From Eledone cirrhosa (Eukaryota): 64,000 nucleotides of DNA. The stretch spans positions 33,480,001 through 33,544,000 of the forward strand of contig OZ024747.1 in the NCBI GenBank assembly GCA_964016885.1. Direction: 5' to 3'. The notes beneath the pieces were generated by a model. That model saw only the letters and a list, made by a program, of their open reading frames with translations, did no database searches and was not told the DNA's origin. Positions 12,554 to 26,494 of the stretch are shown one piece after another. Every line of letters starts with the position of its first letter. The stretch's first letter is position 1. A program made the translations under genes and the position numbers.

Positions 12554-15500
12554 CTATAGGCGCATGGTCAGAGTAGGCCCATTCACACGAGCCAATCTCG
12601 CCACATTCACCCACCTTTTAGCAAATGTACTGGGGGGCAGCACTTCTCTCTCTACCTTCACCTTCCTTTCCAGGTGAAACTTGAAGAAGTTGATGAGGGA
12701 TTGGCCGAAGAGAAAAGTGTCTGTCTTCAGTCCTTTTAACCTGGTCCACCATATAACCTCTTTTGCAACTGCCACCAGACAGAGGAAAAGTTCCTGCTCT
12801 TCCTGACCTAAGGAAGGCGGTGGATCGATCCTCACTATGGACTCGGCCGATAGCCCGATTCGTTCCACACGCGACAGTAGATGTTCGACAAAACTCCACA
12901 AGTCAGTAGTGCACGGACATTGGACAAGTGCTTGCAGAACGGTTTCGTCGTTCTGTGCGCATCTTGGGCAGGTCCGTCTGACAGCACTTCCGTGCCTGTA
13001 GAGTTTATCCCGAACCGGCAGTGCCCCCCGGTAGCACTGCCAAGCGAGGGATTTCTGGAAATTGTCCATCGTCCCCGGCTCAAAGGTCCTCCGGTACAGA
13101 CTGGTCAGTTCGACTTCGTCGAGGCACAAAGCTTCTCCAAGTGCGTCATCGCACTTGCCCACCACTAATCCTCTATAGAACTCGAGAGTGGAAGTTCCAC
13201 TGATCGCATTGCCCTCTTGGTAGAGGGCAGTGAGTGCCTGGCAACATTCCAGGTGCCAGACACCCAGTCTCGGTCTCTTCTTGACCCAGGACTGCAGCTC
13301 AGTCAAAGAAATGAGATGCGGAAAGGCCCATCTGATAAACGGCAACCACACCTGTTCACCGTTGAGGCAGAATATCTGGAGATGTCGCAGCTTCAACGCA
13401 TGTCTGCGCATCATTAGCCACGGCATACACAGCCCTCCGCGTAGAGGGTGCTGGTAGCAGGTGGACCGCCTCACCAACGGAACTTGTCACCTCCACAAGA
13501 ATTTGAAGAGGAGCCGTTCCAACTTGACGAGGCGCGGACGGGGGCAAGGCACGACGGTCAGGCGGTAGTAGATGACGGACGCGATGTACGCATTCACCAC
13601 CTCCGTGCGACTTTTCAGTGATAGCTTCCGCCCAGCCCATTTTGGGGTGAGACTGGCTACTCTGCTCGTTACCTCGTCCCAATTATTTTCCACCTGGAGG
13701 TCTGGTCCGAACCAAACCCCGAGCAACTTTACCGGTCCGTCCGTCCAGCGCCCCACGACGCTGTTGGACGGCATGGGCTTGCCTCTCCAGGTTCCGAGCT
13801 GCAAGCCCACCGACTTTTCCGGGTTAAGTTTGGCTCCTGTCAACCATTCATATTCCTTCAATAAGGTGCAGACCACCTCGATTTCTGAGGTGTTCGACAC
13901 CATCACGGTGATGTCGTCCGCATAATCCGACACCGCCTTTCCACGTCACGGTTCGAGCGGGAACCCCTGCAACAGCTCCATCTTCCGCAGTAAAGGCTCG
14001 AGAGTCAATACGTACAGAAGGGAAGAGAGTGGGCACCTTTGACGGACCGATCGGGAGAGCCGAAATGGTTCCGAGAGGTGGCCATTAACCTTGACCACCG
14101 AGCGTGTGCCGCTGTGCATTGCAGAGATCCAGCTTTTAAAGACAGGGCCGAAGCCAGCTGCTTTGAGGATAAACTCCAGATACCGATGGTCGACCCTATC
14201 GAATGCTTTCGATTGATCTAAATTGATCAGAGCCCCACCGAAGCCAGGTTTACACCCTACCCTCTCTATGATGTATCGCATGAGGTGGAGATTGTCGTGT
14301 ATGGACCTGGCTGTGATTGCGCAAGTTTGCACCTCCCCAACCAAATCCTCGACGACAAGCGCCAATCTCTTTGCTAACACTTGGCCAAAATCTTAAACTC
14401 TGTGTTGAGCAGAGTTATGGGCCTGGAGTTGTCTAATGTATCCCTCTTGTTCTCGTCTTTCCTTATCAGCGTCAACACTCCCCGCCTCACAGAACTGAGA
14501 ATACTCCCATCTGCTGCCAGTTGCAGTAGAGTGCTTCGAGGAGTTCGGAGAACAAGTCTGGCATATTTACGTAAAGCTCGTAGGGCAGGCCATCCAAACC
14601 GGGTGACTTGCGCCTCATGCAGCCGACAAGGGCGTCTTGAATTTCGGCTGAAGTAATCGGCCTTTCGCAGCGCTCAGCGTCGACCTTCGAGATGCGCGGC
14701 AAGCCGTCAAGGTAGGGGCTGAAATCCGCTACTCTCTCTGACTCGCCACTTTCCCCGAACAACCGAGCAAAGTGCTGGCGAAAGGCCTCACACATCCACT
14801 TGGAATCGCTTATCTCGTGTCCGTCTCGGTCCGCCAAAGACCGAATTGTGGTTTTATTACCACGCTGCGCGTCCGCCACGCGGGCCCATCGAACAGCTTT
14901 GGTTCCCTCGTTTCTCAGCGCACGCGCCTTAGCTCTGACAATGCAACCGTCGTGTTTGGCATTGAAGAAATGGTCTAATGCCATTCTCGCCGCTAGCACG
15001 TCAGTTGCAATGCCACTACAAATAGCCTCGTCCAACTTATCTACCAGCTCCCCCTCCTTTCTATTTTTCTCTAACGCTAGTTCTTTGCTGAACTCAATCG
15101 AAGTTACTCTAATCTCTCTTTTGAGAGCCCCCCCACCATCTGTTGTTGATGATCCCCCCCTGTCAACTTTTGCTTAACTAAATTGTTGACTCGGTCCCTG
15201 TAAGCCTTACGTGCCGGAAATGTCATGTTCATCTTCCAGTAACCCAGTCCTAACCTACGCGTTTTATCTAGGTCGACCGTGCAGATCACAAATTTGTGAT
15301 CTGAATAGGCGACCGTTTTAAAAAGTGGGCAGCCCACACTATTTCTATCTATTTTCCTAATGAAGATCTTGTCTATATACGATCTAGATGACCCCATTCG
15401 GTTGGTCCATGTCCATACTGGCATATTGGGGAAATCTAGTCGATACCTGTCAGACAGTTGGAACTGGCTGAGTAGGTTCTTGAGGCTTTTGCACCCTCCG

Positions 15501-15972
15501 CTCCTATCGGCTACTCCGACACAATCCCAGCGTGCGTCTAAGATGCCATTCCAGTCCCCCACTAACAGTAAAGAGCTAGACGTACCCAGAAAGTTCTTCA
15601 GGCGCCTAAGGAAGTCCGGTCGTCCGGCCCCTGTAGGGGAGTAGACGGCCAGCAGTCTAAAGGCACCACCTTCGCTACTGCACACATCCAAAACCACCAA
15701 CTTACCGTCCGGGTCCCGGAAGATCGACCTTACCTCGAGATCCAGTCCTTTCCTAAACAGCACTCCCCCCCCCCCATTCCCGGCCTGCTAACAGATGCGA
15801 AGATCTGATAGTCGTCGAAAATGGGGGCTAGTGCGCGCGTGTCGGAAATTCTGGTCTCGCTGACGGCAATCACATCCATTTCCAGCGACCTGAGATCGTT
15901 GAGCAGGCGACCCTGCTCCCAGGGTGACCCCAGGCCACGAACATTTAAACTTCCTACTCTTAATATGGCCAT
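12554..15972 (-). pseudogene. LINE ORF2 (AP endonuclease plus RT), frameshifted
   Basis: SLNVRGL, VSETR, GDWN, YIDKIF, SDH; KSPGLDGLP, LDQSKAFDRVDH, RQRCPLS, YADD; CPRC..DETVLQALVQC. Confidence 0.9.
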
Positions 15973-16001
15973 ATTGGTAAGCTAAGAGAGAGAGGGAAGG
16001 T

Positions 16002-17957
16002 TTACTTACCTCCCGGGGTCTTGTGAAGGTTGGGTGGTTCGACCTCCATGTTTGGTTGGGTTTCTTTTGGGAACCCCTTTAAAAGTCTTGATGTGGGTTT
16101 CATATTCGGAGTTCCCACGTCTTGAGGAAAGCTCTCTCGAATTTCTTTGAAGGAATTGAATGACATTCGGAGCAGAAGCAAAACTTCTGGCACGCAAAAT
16201 GTGCTCATTTCAAAAATCTCCCCCTCTGTTTGAATGTCCTCGCTTCGTGCTAAGAGGGCCATCAGTTTATCGTTGGCCCTTCTGACAAGCTCGAAGTTTT
16301 TAACATTTTGTTGGTGTGGTTTTATTTGTTTTCGTTTTGGTGACTGTGGTGATGATTGTTTTGGTGGTGTTGTTTCGGGTATGTCTGTGTTTGTTGTAGG
16401 TGTGGTGTCTGCAATTTCAGGTATTTGTGTGTTTATTTGTGCTTTTGTTTGTTTAGGTTGTTTGCGTTTCGGGGATTGTGGAGGTGGTGTCGATGTTGCT
16501 GTTGGTGATGATGTTATTGGGGAAGTGTTTGCGTTAGTGGTGTCTGTATTTTTTGTTGTGTATGTTTTTGTGTTTTGTTGGGGCTTTTTTTTTTTGTGAG
16601 TTTTCTGTTTTATGGCACTTTTTGGTTATCCTTCATCTTCGCTGCTGAAAGACAAAGGGTCTGTGGCTGTGAGTGTCTCTGTGTCTGTGTGTGCGTTTAT
16701 TGTTTTGTCTATGTGTATAATTGGGGTGGGGGTGGGGAATGGGAGAGCTTTCCTCGTTTTCCCCTTGGATTGGTTTTGGTGTTGGTGGTGATCCGGCTGT
16801 TTTTGATGTTGGTGTCCGTGTTTTTGTTGGTGTTGTTTTTGATGGTGGTGGTGCAGCTTTCCGTGCTGACACTGGCGTTAGCAATAAAGGAGGTTTGCGA
16901 CCCCCTGCATTTTTGCGCTGAGGGCAGAAGGCTTGCAGATGCGTTGCTTCCCTGCAGACGAAGCAGCGTGGCCTTCTTCCGTCAATGATTATTTGGATTG
17001 TTGTCTCGTCCTGCAGGCGGGCAAAATCCGGGATGTTGTTCATGTCCTCCGGTTTCATTTAGAGAAGAATCTCCAAATCCATTCCGGACCAGTCCTCTCT
17101 CTCTGTCCTTCTGATATACAGGAGAGTAGTGTCTGTCCTCTCCTCGATTACGCATCCCAGCAGCCACCATATGTTCATTCCTGGTGGGATGCTGGGAATG
17201 CGTACCTTTACTGTCCTTTTACCCATGTAGGGCGGATGCATGATAATGCGTTCCGTTCTGAAGGGGGTCACCGGGTGCTTAATAGCGAGGGCCTCGGTTT
17301 TGAACAGTACCAAGATGGTATGAACTGTTTGCCTCTTGCATTGTACTCTATGTTACTTCCGATGTACTCCAAAGCAGCCTCGACCTCTGCTTGGCTGGCA
17401 AGTTCCACTTTTCGTGTCTGCACCGAAATGCATCGAAAGAACACCGTCCTCCTTTGCATGGCCGCTATTGCCTCGTCCGGGATGGTCAGGTTTGCCCAGG
17501 ACTTCTCCGGTTTAATTGTCCTCCACGCTTTGGCCAACTGTTCGTCTTTATCGCTAATATCAATATCAATATTCAATAAGCGCTTTGTTTTTGCTGCTGC
17601 TGCAGCAAATGTGGTGCTTCTGATGCTTTTATTGTTGGTGTTGTCATTCTTGCTGTTGTTATTTGTGTTGTTGTTGTTTTGTTTGTTGATGCTGTTGCCA
17701 CCACCATCCGTGTTTACATTGAAGCTGTCGGTGTTATTGTCGTTATTGCTCTGAGTTGTTGTTGTTGTTATGGTGGTGGTGATGTCGTTTTCAGATGATA
17801 CTGTTGCTATTACAGAGGGTTGAGTTTTGCCTTCACATTCAGTAGAGTGGATGACAGGCATGACTGTAGCCGTCGTAGTCGTGGTGAAATCTACAGTGGC
17901 TGCCTTTAAACTTTTGACCTGAACGTTGTTTACCGTTTCAAGGTCGAAAATTTCCAT
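16002..17957 (-). pseudogene. LINE ORF1 (gag-like, zinc knuckle), disrupted
   Basis: GRRPRCFVCREATHLQAFC (CX2CX4HX4C), Thr/Asn-rich N-terminus, stops and frameshifts. Confidence 0.75.
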
Positions 17958-18173
17958 AATTTTTTTGGTGGGGAAGCGATTTTTTTTCGAAGTTTTTAAA
18001 AAATAAATCTGAATATTCGGGCTTAAAGCCCGAATATTGAGAGGTATCCCTCTCTTTAAATCAAATATGTGTACCTTAAGTTTCGTTAACGACAAGAAAA
18101 TATAAAAAACAGCTTAAAGTTACGAACCTTTTCCCCCGCAGATTTGTACTGTCTTCACACATGTGCGGCCATA

Positions 18174-20747
18174 AAATAATAATAATAATAATAATGCTTT
18201 CTTTATTAACCACAAGGGTTTACACAAAGTAGACATTAAGGACAGTACAGGACAATACAGGACGGTACAAATGGGCATTTCTGCGTGTTAAAAAAACAAA
18301 AAAACAGAGGATGTAACAAAAAAAGAAACAATGAAAAATTCCCCAATAGGGGGGAGACTTCCGAGGGTCATCGTGGAGAAAGCCCATTAAAAAAAGGCCA
18401 CGGTGACCCTGACAACCAGGGCAAGTGTCCTCTCCTAGTTTTCCACCTTCAATTTACAGGCATGTACTCAGAGTAGGTTCATGCACTCGGGCCATTCTTG
18501 CCTCTCTCACCCATCTTTCAAAAAATGCTGGGAAGAGAGCACCTCCCAATCTACCCTGATTCTCCTTTTCAAATGAAATTGGAAAAAGTTAATCAGGGCA
18601 TCACCGAAGAGGTAAGTGCTCGTCTTCAGCCCTTTCAGACGCGTCCACCATACTATCTCTTTCGCCATGGCCACCAGACAGATAAAAACTGCCTACCCTT
18701 CCCGGCTAAAAGAAGGGGGCAGGGCAATCCTCACGATGGACTCAGCTGATAGTCGGATACGTTCTACACGCGACAGCAGGTGTTCGACATAAACCCACAA
18801 GTCAGGAATGCTCCGACACTGTACGAGTGCATGCAGGACGGTTTCGTCGCCCTGCGCGCATCTCGGACATGCCCGGCTGATGTACCTCCATGCCTGTAGA
18901 GTTTATCCCGAACTGGCAAGGCTCCTCGGTAGCACTGCCAGACCAGAGATTTCTGGAACTTGTCCATAGGCCCAAGTTCTTCCTAAGAGATTGGCTAGTT
19001 GATTTTCGTCGACGCCTAGACTTTCCCCAAGTACGTCATCGCTCTTCCATCCACTAATCCTCTATAGAACGCCAAGGTGGAGTTTCCACCGATCACATTG
19101 CCCGATTGGAAGAGCGCTGTGAGCGCCTGAAGACATCCCAGTCTCCAAGCGCTCCCTCTCGGTCTTCGCTTGACCCAGGACTGCAGCTCCGTCAAGGAGA
19201 CGAGTTGGGGAAAGACGCGTCTAGCAAACGGCGACCACACCTGATCACCATCGAGGAAAAGGTGGAGGTGTCGTAGCCTGGGCGCGTGTCTGCGTATCAT
19301 CAGCCACGGCATGCCCAGCCCTCCACGTAGCGGGTGTTGACAGCAGATGGACCGTCTGACCAACGGAGCGCGTCCCTTCCACAAAAAACGAAAGAGCAAA
19401 CACTCCAGCGCAGTCAGGCGAAGCTTAGGACAAGGCACAACGGTCAGGCGGTAGTAGATGACGGACACGATGTACTCGTTAGCCACCTCCGCTCGACCTT
19501 TCAGGGATAGCTTCCTCTCCGCCCATTTCTGGGTGAGAGAAGCCACCCTGCTCATCACCTCGTTCCAGTTTTTGTCCGTCTGGAGGTCCCGACCGAACCA
19601 GACCCCTAGCAATTTAACCGGTCCGTCCGTCCAGCGCCCGATGACGCTGTTGGACGGCATGGACCTGCCTCTCCAGGTGCCGAGCTGCAGGCCCACCGAC
19701 TTTTCCTGGTTGATCATTACTCCTGTCACTGATTCGTATTGTCTTAGTGTGGTGCCGATCGCCTCGATGTGTTTGGCGTTCGACGCCACTACGGTGACAT
19801 CGTCCGCATATGCTGACACGGATCTTCCGCATCCTAGTTCGCGCGCCCCCCCCCCCCCCCCCTCCTCCAACGTCTCCAGTTTGTGCAGTAATGGCTCGAG
19901 AGTCAATACGTACAAGAGGGACGAGAAGGGACATCCTTGGCGGACTGATTGCATGATGTTGAACGGTTCCGAAAGGTGACCGTTCACTCTCACGACAGAG
20001 CAGATGTCGCTGTGCATGGCAGCGATCCAGCCTCTGAAGACGGGACCAAAGCCAGCTGATCTAAATTGATCAAGGACCCACCCGTGCCAGGTTCCCTAGC
20101 TACCCTCTCCACGATGTATCACATGAGGTGGAGGTTGTCGTGAATGGACCTGTCGAGAATGGCGCATGTCTGCGCCTCTCCTACCAGACCACCAATGACA
20201 AGCGCCGACATTTTTGCTAGCACCATGGCCAAAATCTTGAACTCTGTGTTTAGCAGAGTTCTGGGCCTGAAATTATCTATGTTATCCCCTTTGTTCGGAT
20301 CCTTTCTCAGCAGCGCCACCGCTCCTCGGCTCACAGAGCTAGGAATTCTCCCGTTCTGTTGCCAGTTGCAGTAGACGTCCACTAAGAGGCCTCCGAACAA
20401 GTCTGGCGTCTGTACGTAAAGTTCATAAGGGTAGAATATCCAAACCAGGAGATGTACCCCTTGTGCATCCACTCATTGCCTCCCGTACTTCAGCTACTGT
20501 TATCGGCTTTTCGCAACACTCCACCTCAGTGGTCGAGAGCCGCGTCAGTCCGTTGAGGTAAACACTAAAGTCTATCCCTCGATCCGGCCCGCCTCTGCCC
20601 CCGAACAGCTGATTGAAGTGTCGCTGAAAAGCTTCACACATTTTCCCCGGATCGAGTAGGATGCGCCCGTCGTGGTCCACCAAAGACCGGATCGTGGCTT
20701 TGTTCCCACGACGCGCCTCCGCCACTCGGGCCCATTGAACGGCTTTC
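18174..20747 (-). mobile_element. Tx1/L1-group LINE, 5'-truncated (copy 2)
   Basis: RT motifs RQGCPFSSLLYVL and YADD; same C-terminus and 3' end as copy 1; (AAT)n tail at 18174-18195. Confidence 0.88.
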
Positions 20748-23700
20748 TTTATTGGTCACAAGGGCTGACACGAAGAAAAAACATTAGTGACGGCACAGAA
20801 CAGTACAGGACGATACAAAGTGGATTTTGGTCGTGTAAATAGGTTATAACAAGATAGAAATCGGGATAGAAATTAAAAAAAAAAACATTCCATCAAAAGG
20901 GAGAAACCTCCGAGGGTCACCCGTGGTGAAAACCACACAAAAGACCACGGCCACCCTGGCCACCAGGGTAAGTGCCCTCTCTCACTTTTCCCACTCCTCA
21001 GTCTACATGCGTATGCTCAGAGCGGGCCCGTTCACTCGGACAGACTCGCCACGTTCACCCACCTTTCAACAAACTTACTAGAAGACAGCACTTGCCTCTC
21101 TACCCTGATTTTCATCTTCAAGTGAAATTTGAAAGAGTTAATCAGGGATTGGCCGAAGAGGAAAGTGTCCGTCTTCAGCCCTTTCAACTTTGTCCACCAC
21201 ACAATCTCTTTTGCCATGGCCACCAGGCAGATGAAAACTGCCTGCTCATCCTTGTCTTTAAAGGAGGATGGCGGGGCTATCTGCACAATGGACTCAGTCG
21301 ATAAACGGATCCGTCCTACACGTGACACCAGCTGTTCGACATGGCTCCACAAGTCAGCAATCCTCAGGCACTGAACGAGTGCGTGCAGGACGGTTTTGTC
21401 GCTCTGCGCGCATCTCGGGAAGGCTCGGCTGACAGCACCTCCGTGCCTGTAGAGCTTATCCCGAACCGGCAACGGTCCCCGGTAGCACCCCCAGGCCAGG
21501 GATTTCTGGAAGTAGTCCGTAGGCCCCGGTCTGAAAGTTCTCTTGAAGAGAGCGAACAGCTGATCGTCTTCGACGCCCAGGGTCTCCCTGAGAACATCGT
21601 CGCTCTTTCCCTCCACTGGCCTTCTATAGAACGCCGAGGTGGATGTTCCACCGAAACTAATGCCCAGCTGGTTGAGGGCGGTGAGCGCTTGGAGAAATTC
21701 CAGCTTCCAAGCGCTATCTCTCGGTCTTTTCCTGATCCAGGACTGCAGCTCCGTCAAGGAGACGAGCTGGGGAAAAGCGCGTCTGGCAAACGGCAACCAC
21801 ACATGTTCACCATCAAGCAAGCACCAGAGATGTCGCAGCCTCAATGCATGTTTGCGCATCATCAGCCATGGCATGCCTAGTCCTCCACGCAATGGGTGTT
21901 GACAGCAAATGGATCGTCTTACCATAGGAGCACGTCCCTTCGACAAAAAGCGGAAGAGAAGGCGCTCCATTTTGGTAAGAACTGGGCGGGGGAAAGGTAC
22001 GATGGTCAGGCGGTAGCAGATGACGGACGCGATGTACACATTCGCCACCTCCGCCTTACTTTTCAGCCCATTTCTGTGTCAGGTTCCGTAACCACCCTCT
22101 CTATGATGTATCGCATGAGATGGAGGTTGTCCTGGATGCATCTGTCCGGAATGGCGCATGCCTGCGCCTCTCCCACCAATCTCTTTGCTAACACCTTGGC
22201 CAAAATCTTAAACTCTGTTTTAACAGAGTTATGGGCTTGAAGTTGTCTATAACGTCCTAAGCACGGAAGTCCACACTCCGATCCGGCCCGCCGCCGCTCC
22301 TGAACAATTGAGCTATTGAAAAGTAGCACACATCTGCTCACGTTCGAGCAACATGTGCCCATTTTGATCAAGCAAAGACCGAATTGTGGACTTGTTGCCC
22401 GTCGCTCCTCCACCACCCGGGCCCATTGAACGGCTTTCGTCCCCTCGTATCTTAGAGCACGCGCTCTAGCTTTGACAACGCAGCCTTCATGCTTTATGTT
22501 GAAGAATTGGTCGAGTGCCAATCTCGCTGCAAGCACGTCAGTTGCGATGCCTGTCCTAAACACCTCTTCTAGCCTCCTAACTAACTCTTCCTCTACTCTA
22601 TTTTCCTCTATCACTACGCCTTTGCCAAACCTTATCGATTCTACTCTAAAACCCTTTTCAGGGTAAACCACCACCTATTGTTGACGATCGCATCCATCAA
22701 TGCACGCTTAACTAATTCGCTAATCCAGTCCCTGTAAGCTTTGCGCGCCGGGAACAACGCGTTCAGCTTCCAGTAGCCGGGCCCTTGCCTATGGAGTCTA
22801 TCTACATCAACTTCACAGATCACAAATTTGTGGTCCGTGTAGTCGACTACTTTAAATTGTGGACAACCTAAACTAGCCTCATATGTTTCCCTACAGAATA
22901 CCCTATCTAAATACGATCTGATTGACCCGATGCGGTTTGCCCATGTCCACATTGGCACATTCGGATAATCCAGTCTATACCTGTCAGACAGTTCAAAACG
23001 TCTGAGCAGGTTGTTGAGGCTTTTACACCCTCCTGGTCTGTCTACTAGCCCCATATAAACCCAGCGTGCATCTAAGATACCGTTCCAGTCGCCCCCTAAC
23101 GCTAAAGAGTGGGACGTTCCAAGAAAGGTTTCTAGACGTCTGAAGAAATCTGGTCGTCCTGCCCCTGTTGGGGCGTAGACAGCTACTAGCCTGAAAGCGA
23201 AGCGTTGCCTTCGCTGCCGGTCACATCCAGCACCACCGACTTCCCTTCTGGGTTCAGGAAGATGGCCCGTATGGCGAGATCCAAACCTCTCCGAAAAAGC
23301 ACGGCAACTCCTCCCCTCGATCCTGGACAGCTGGGAGATGCGTTTACATCATAGCCACCGAAGATCGGTGCGATGGCTCGTGCTTCGGAGATTCTGGTCT
23401 CGCTGATGGCCACCATAGCTATATTTAGTGGCCTGATGTCGTTGAGCAGGTGACCCTGTTTCCAAGATGACCCCAGACCACCTACATTTATACTGCCTAT
23501 TCTAAGTATGGCCATGTTGGATGAGAAACGGTGTAAGTGAGAAAGGATCGTGTGGTGAAGGGACAGTAGAACATACCCTTTGGCTGGTCATGGGTGTTTC
23601 CAAGAGGATGTCTGTGTATATCCTCTTTGTAACCGATCCTCTGAAGTCTCCAACTGAGTTGGGGAATTTTTCTTTTAACAGTTTGTAATGTTCTATTTTG

Positions 23701-25490
23701 ATTTCAATGATGCTTATGTTTTTCGGGAGAGTTCTTGGCGTTGGTGGGGTGTAGTAGTTTTTTTCTGTAATGTCTGTGCTGCTTTATATGTTGTAAGAGT
23801 TCTTTATTTGCCATGTTTATGGCCGTGTACTTTTGGGGGGAGGTGCGATGTTTTGGCTGTTTTCTTGTTGTTGCTGTTGGGTGTGTGTGTTTTGTTGTGT
23901 TTGCGATGTTGGTGTTTTTGGTGATGTTAGTGGTGGTGTGGTTGTTGTTGGTGGTGATGCTTGTGATGGTGGTGGTGTTGCTGCAAGCCTCCTTGCAGCC
24001 TTTACCCCTCTTTGTCTGCCTTCGCTTTTGGAGTGTGAAGCTAAGGGCTTTTTGTTTTTTTGTTTTTTGTGGCAGACCGTTTGCCACTTCCCTCCTGCCT
24101 CTCACTCCATGTTGGACCCCGCGGCGTCCGGGAGGGGCATGAGCTCCACTGCTGTTGGTGGTGGTAGTGGAGCCAGCTCCGGCGATTTTTATCGCTGGTG
24201 TAGCTACTGCTTAGTTGTCCGTGGCCTTGGTATGGGTGCCACGGACGTTGCCCTCCTACTCACCATGGAAAGGTCTTCTGCCTCTGTTGACTGCCATGCT
24301 CTTGGTAGCAGCGGATCAGGCGCCGGAAGGAGGGGAGGCCCTCTTCTTGGCTGTCTTCTGCGGGCAGAAGGCCCTGAGGTGACCCTTCTACCCACAGAAA
24401 TAGCACTTTGGGCGCCTTCCTTCCATGCTTAGAGGGAGTTGGATCCCTTCTTCGAGGTCTATGTAGTCTGGGATGGCCTCGTTGCACTCCTGGTCAGTCT
24501 GTATTAGCATTTGCATGCCTATTCCTGACCAGTTCTCTGTTCCCATTCTCTGTATTTGCAGTATGGTGGTATTCTCCTCGATTCCAGCCAATACAGATGC
24601 GGCCAGCCAAGACATGGGCACGTCGGGCGGGACCTGGGACACTTTGACCCTCACAATTTTCTGCCCGCAGTAGAACACCAAGATTATCTCCTCACTCTTT
24701 CACGGTTTCCAAAGAGTGAGACTTTGCCTCTTGAGGGTGGCGAAAAATACCTCTACTGTGGCGTACTTTTTGCATTGGGTGATGTGGATTTTGCGCGCCC
24801 AGACGCACACCAAAAACTTTTGGATTTGAGCCTCCGTGGCCCTCTCCACCCGATGTGACATTTTGCTTATGGTGCGGTAAGTCACCGTCCGTAGCTGCTG
24901 GTCTTTGAAGAAATCGGGTTGAGGTTTCAGAGAAACTCTATTGTCGTCTCTTGACACCATGGCTCTTGCTATTGTCATCTCCTCCTCCGTGACTAACACT
25001 GTCTTTATATTTCGGGCCACACCTGCGAAAGAAGTGGCCCCTTCTTAGCAGCACCATTATTGCTGCCGCTACTGCTGCTACTGGTCTTGTTATTGGTGCT
25101 GTTGTTGTTACTACTGCTACAAACGGTGTTGTTGGTGTTGTTCCTGTTATCACTGTTGTAGTTGGTTGTGTTTAAGGTGCCACTGTTGTTGTTTTCGGCA
25201 CAATTTGTATTGTTGCTGTTGGTGTTGTCATTGTTTATTTTCTTGTTAGCGGTGTTAATATCGTTGTTGCATTTGTTGTCATTTTATTCTGTTGTCTGTA
25301 TTTTGGTTGTCGGTGTTATTGTTGTAGTTGGTGTGGACATATTTTTTAAATTAGTGTTCTCAGTGTTGTCATTGTTCATGTTGTTTGTGGGGGTGTCTGT
25401 TGTAAGAATTTTACTAACGCTCCTCTCAACTTTTACACCGTTGTCACACGACAGCAGACATATTGCTGGGGGCGTGGCTCAGACATGTTT
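20742..25490 (-). mobile_element. Tx1/L1-group LINE with internal deletions (copy 3)
   Basis: ORF1 GRRPKCYFCG knuckle; ORF2 start MAILRIGSINVGGL at 23515; RT core deleted at junctions near 22065 and 22260. Confidence 0.87.
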
Positions 25491-25492
25491 TT

Positions 25493-25612
25493 ATAATAGT
25501 AATAATAATGGTTTCTATATTAGCCACACAGGGCTTACATTAAGAGGACAATAAGCATGGTACTGGACAGGACATTGTGGGTTTGTTGTGTGTGTGTGTG
25601 GGGGGGGGGGGT
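25493..25612 (-). mobile_element. 3'-terminal stub of the same LINE family (copy 4)
   Basis: aataataatggtttctatattagccacacagggc...ggaca matches the 3' ends at 12273, 18190 and 20745. Confidence 0.7.
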
Positions 25613-25639
25613 TAATAAAAATAATAATAATGATAATTT

Positions 25640-26000
25640 AAGCTTTTGTGGGACTTCACCATTCAATGTAATAGAATGATTGAGGCAAGAAAGCCAGGCA
25701 TTTTATTTGTGAACAAGAAAAAAAATAGAGGCCTGATTGTTTTATATATCTGACCAAGGAGACAGTAGAGTGAAGGATAAAGAACATGAAAAGATGGAGA
25801 AATATGAGTCACTGGAAAATTGTGGGAGATGAAGAGAGTTTTAAGGATTCCAGATGCATATTGGACAGTTTTGAGGACTGTGTAAATAGAATCAGAATTG
25901 ATGCAAAGTTACATGTCATGCAGAAGACAGCACTTCTGGAATTTAATGAATGGATGCAGTGGGGGACCTTTGTCAACTTGTTGTTGACTGCTCCCTAACA
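25640..26000 (+). mobile_element. R4/Dong-like RLE retrotransposon 3' fragment
   Basis: Translates KLLWDFTIQCNRMIEARKP(G)I...DSRVKDKEHEKMEKY...MQKTALL; flanked by (TAA)n. Confidence 0.7.
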
Positions 26001-26077
26001 GATATATCCAACTCATTTAACATTCAAATGTCAGATTTACAAACATTAATACAAATTTACAAATAATAATTATAATA

Positions 26078-26256
26078 ATTGTTTCTACTTTTGGCGCAAG
26101 GCCAGCAATTATCCAGAGTATTACTGGTACTTTATTTTATCGACCCCATAAGGATGAAAGGCAAAGTTAACCTCGGCGGGATTTGAACTCAGATCATAAA
26201 AGGCCATAACTCTTTGCTGCAAAGCATGGCGTCCGACTCTCTACCGATACTGCCAA
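26078..26256 (-). mobile_element. tRNA-derived SINE (family A)
   Basis: Minus strand A-box TGGCAGTATCGG, B-box GAGTTCAAATCC, conserved 'ctttgcctttcatcctta.ggggtcgataaaataaagtaccagt', tail gccttg.gccaaaagtagaaacaattatt. Confidence 0.85.
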
Positions 26257-26494
26257 ATGGTTTCTGATTTATGCACAATGGCTAGCAATTTTAGAAGAGG
26301 GGTAAAAGTTAATCATATCAGCCGCATAAATTTACTGGTATTTTATTTTATTGACCTGAAAGGTTTAGTTTAACTTGGCATGATTTGAACTCAGAATGTA
26401 ACAGGTCATAACGAAATATCACAAAGAATTTTGCCTGATGCTCTGCCAATCTACTGCTGTATGATAATAATATTTTTTTTGTATAATGTTTCTC

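Larger units (their letters stand above)
12273..18170 (-). mobile_element. Tx1/L1-group non-LTR retrotransposon, near full length, degenerate (copy 1)
   Basis: ORF1 with CCHC knuckle; ORF2 with APE, RT and C-terminal Cys motif; 3' end cccttgtggctaataaatgaaa running into (TTA)n. Confidence 0.9.

Noticed and set aside
18110-18172. HDV-like ribozyme at the 5' end of Tx1 copy 1 (GGCCGCA...TGCGGGG)
   Set aside because: Partial P1-like pairing only; no L3/P1.1 or J4/2 consensus
26078-26256. tRNA genes suggested by A/B boxes
   Set aside because: No full cloverleaf; boxes continue into SINE core and tail and are multi-copy
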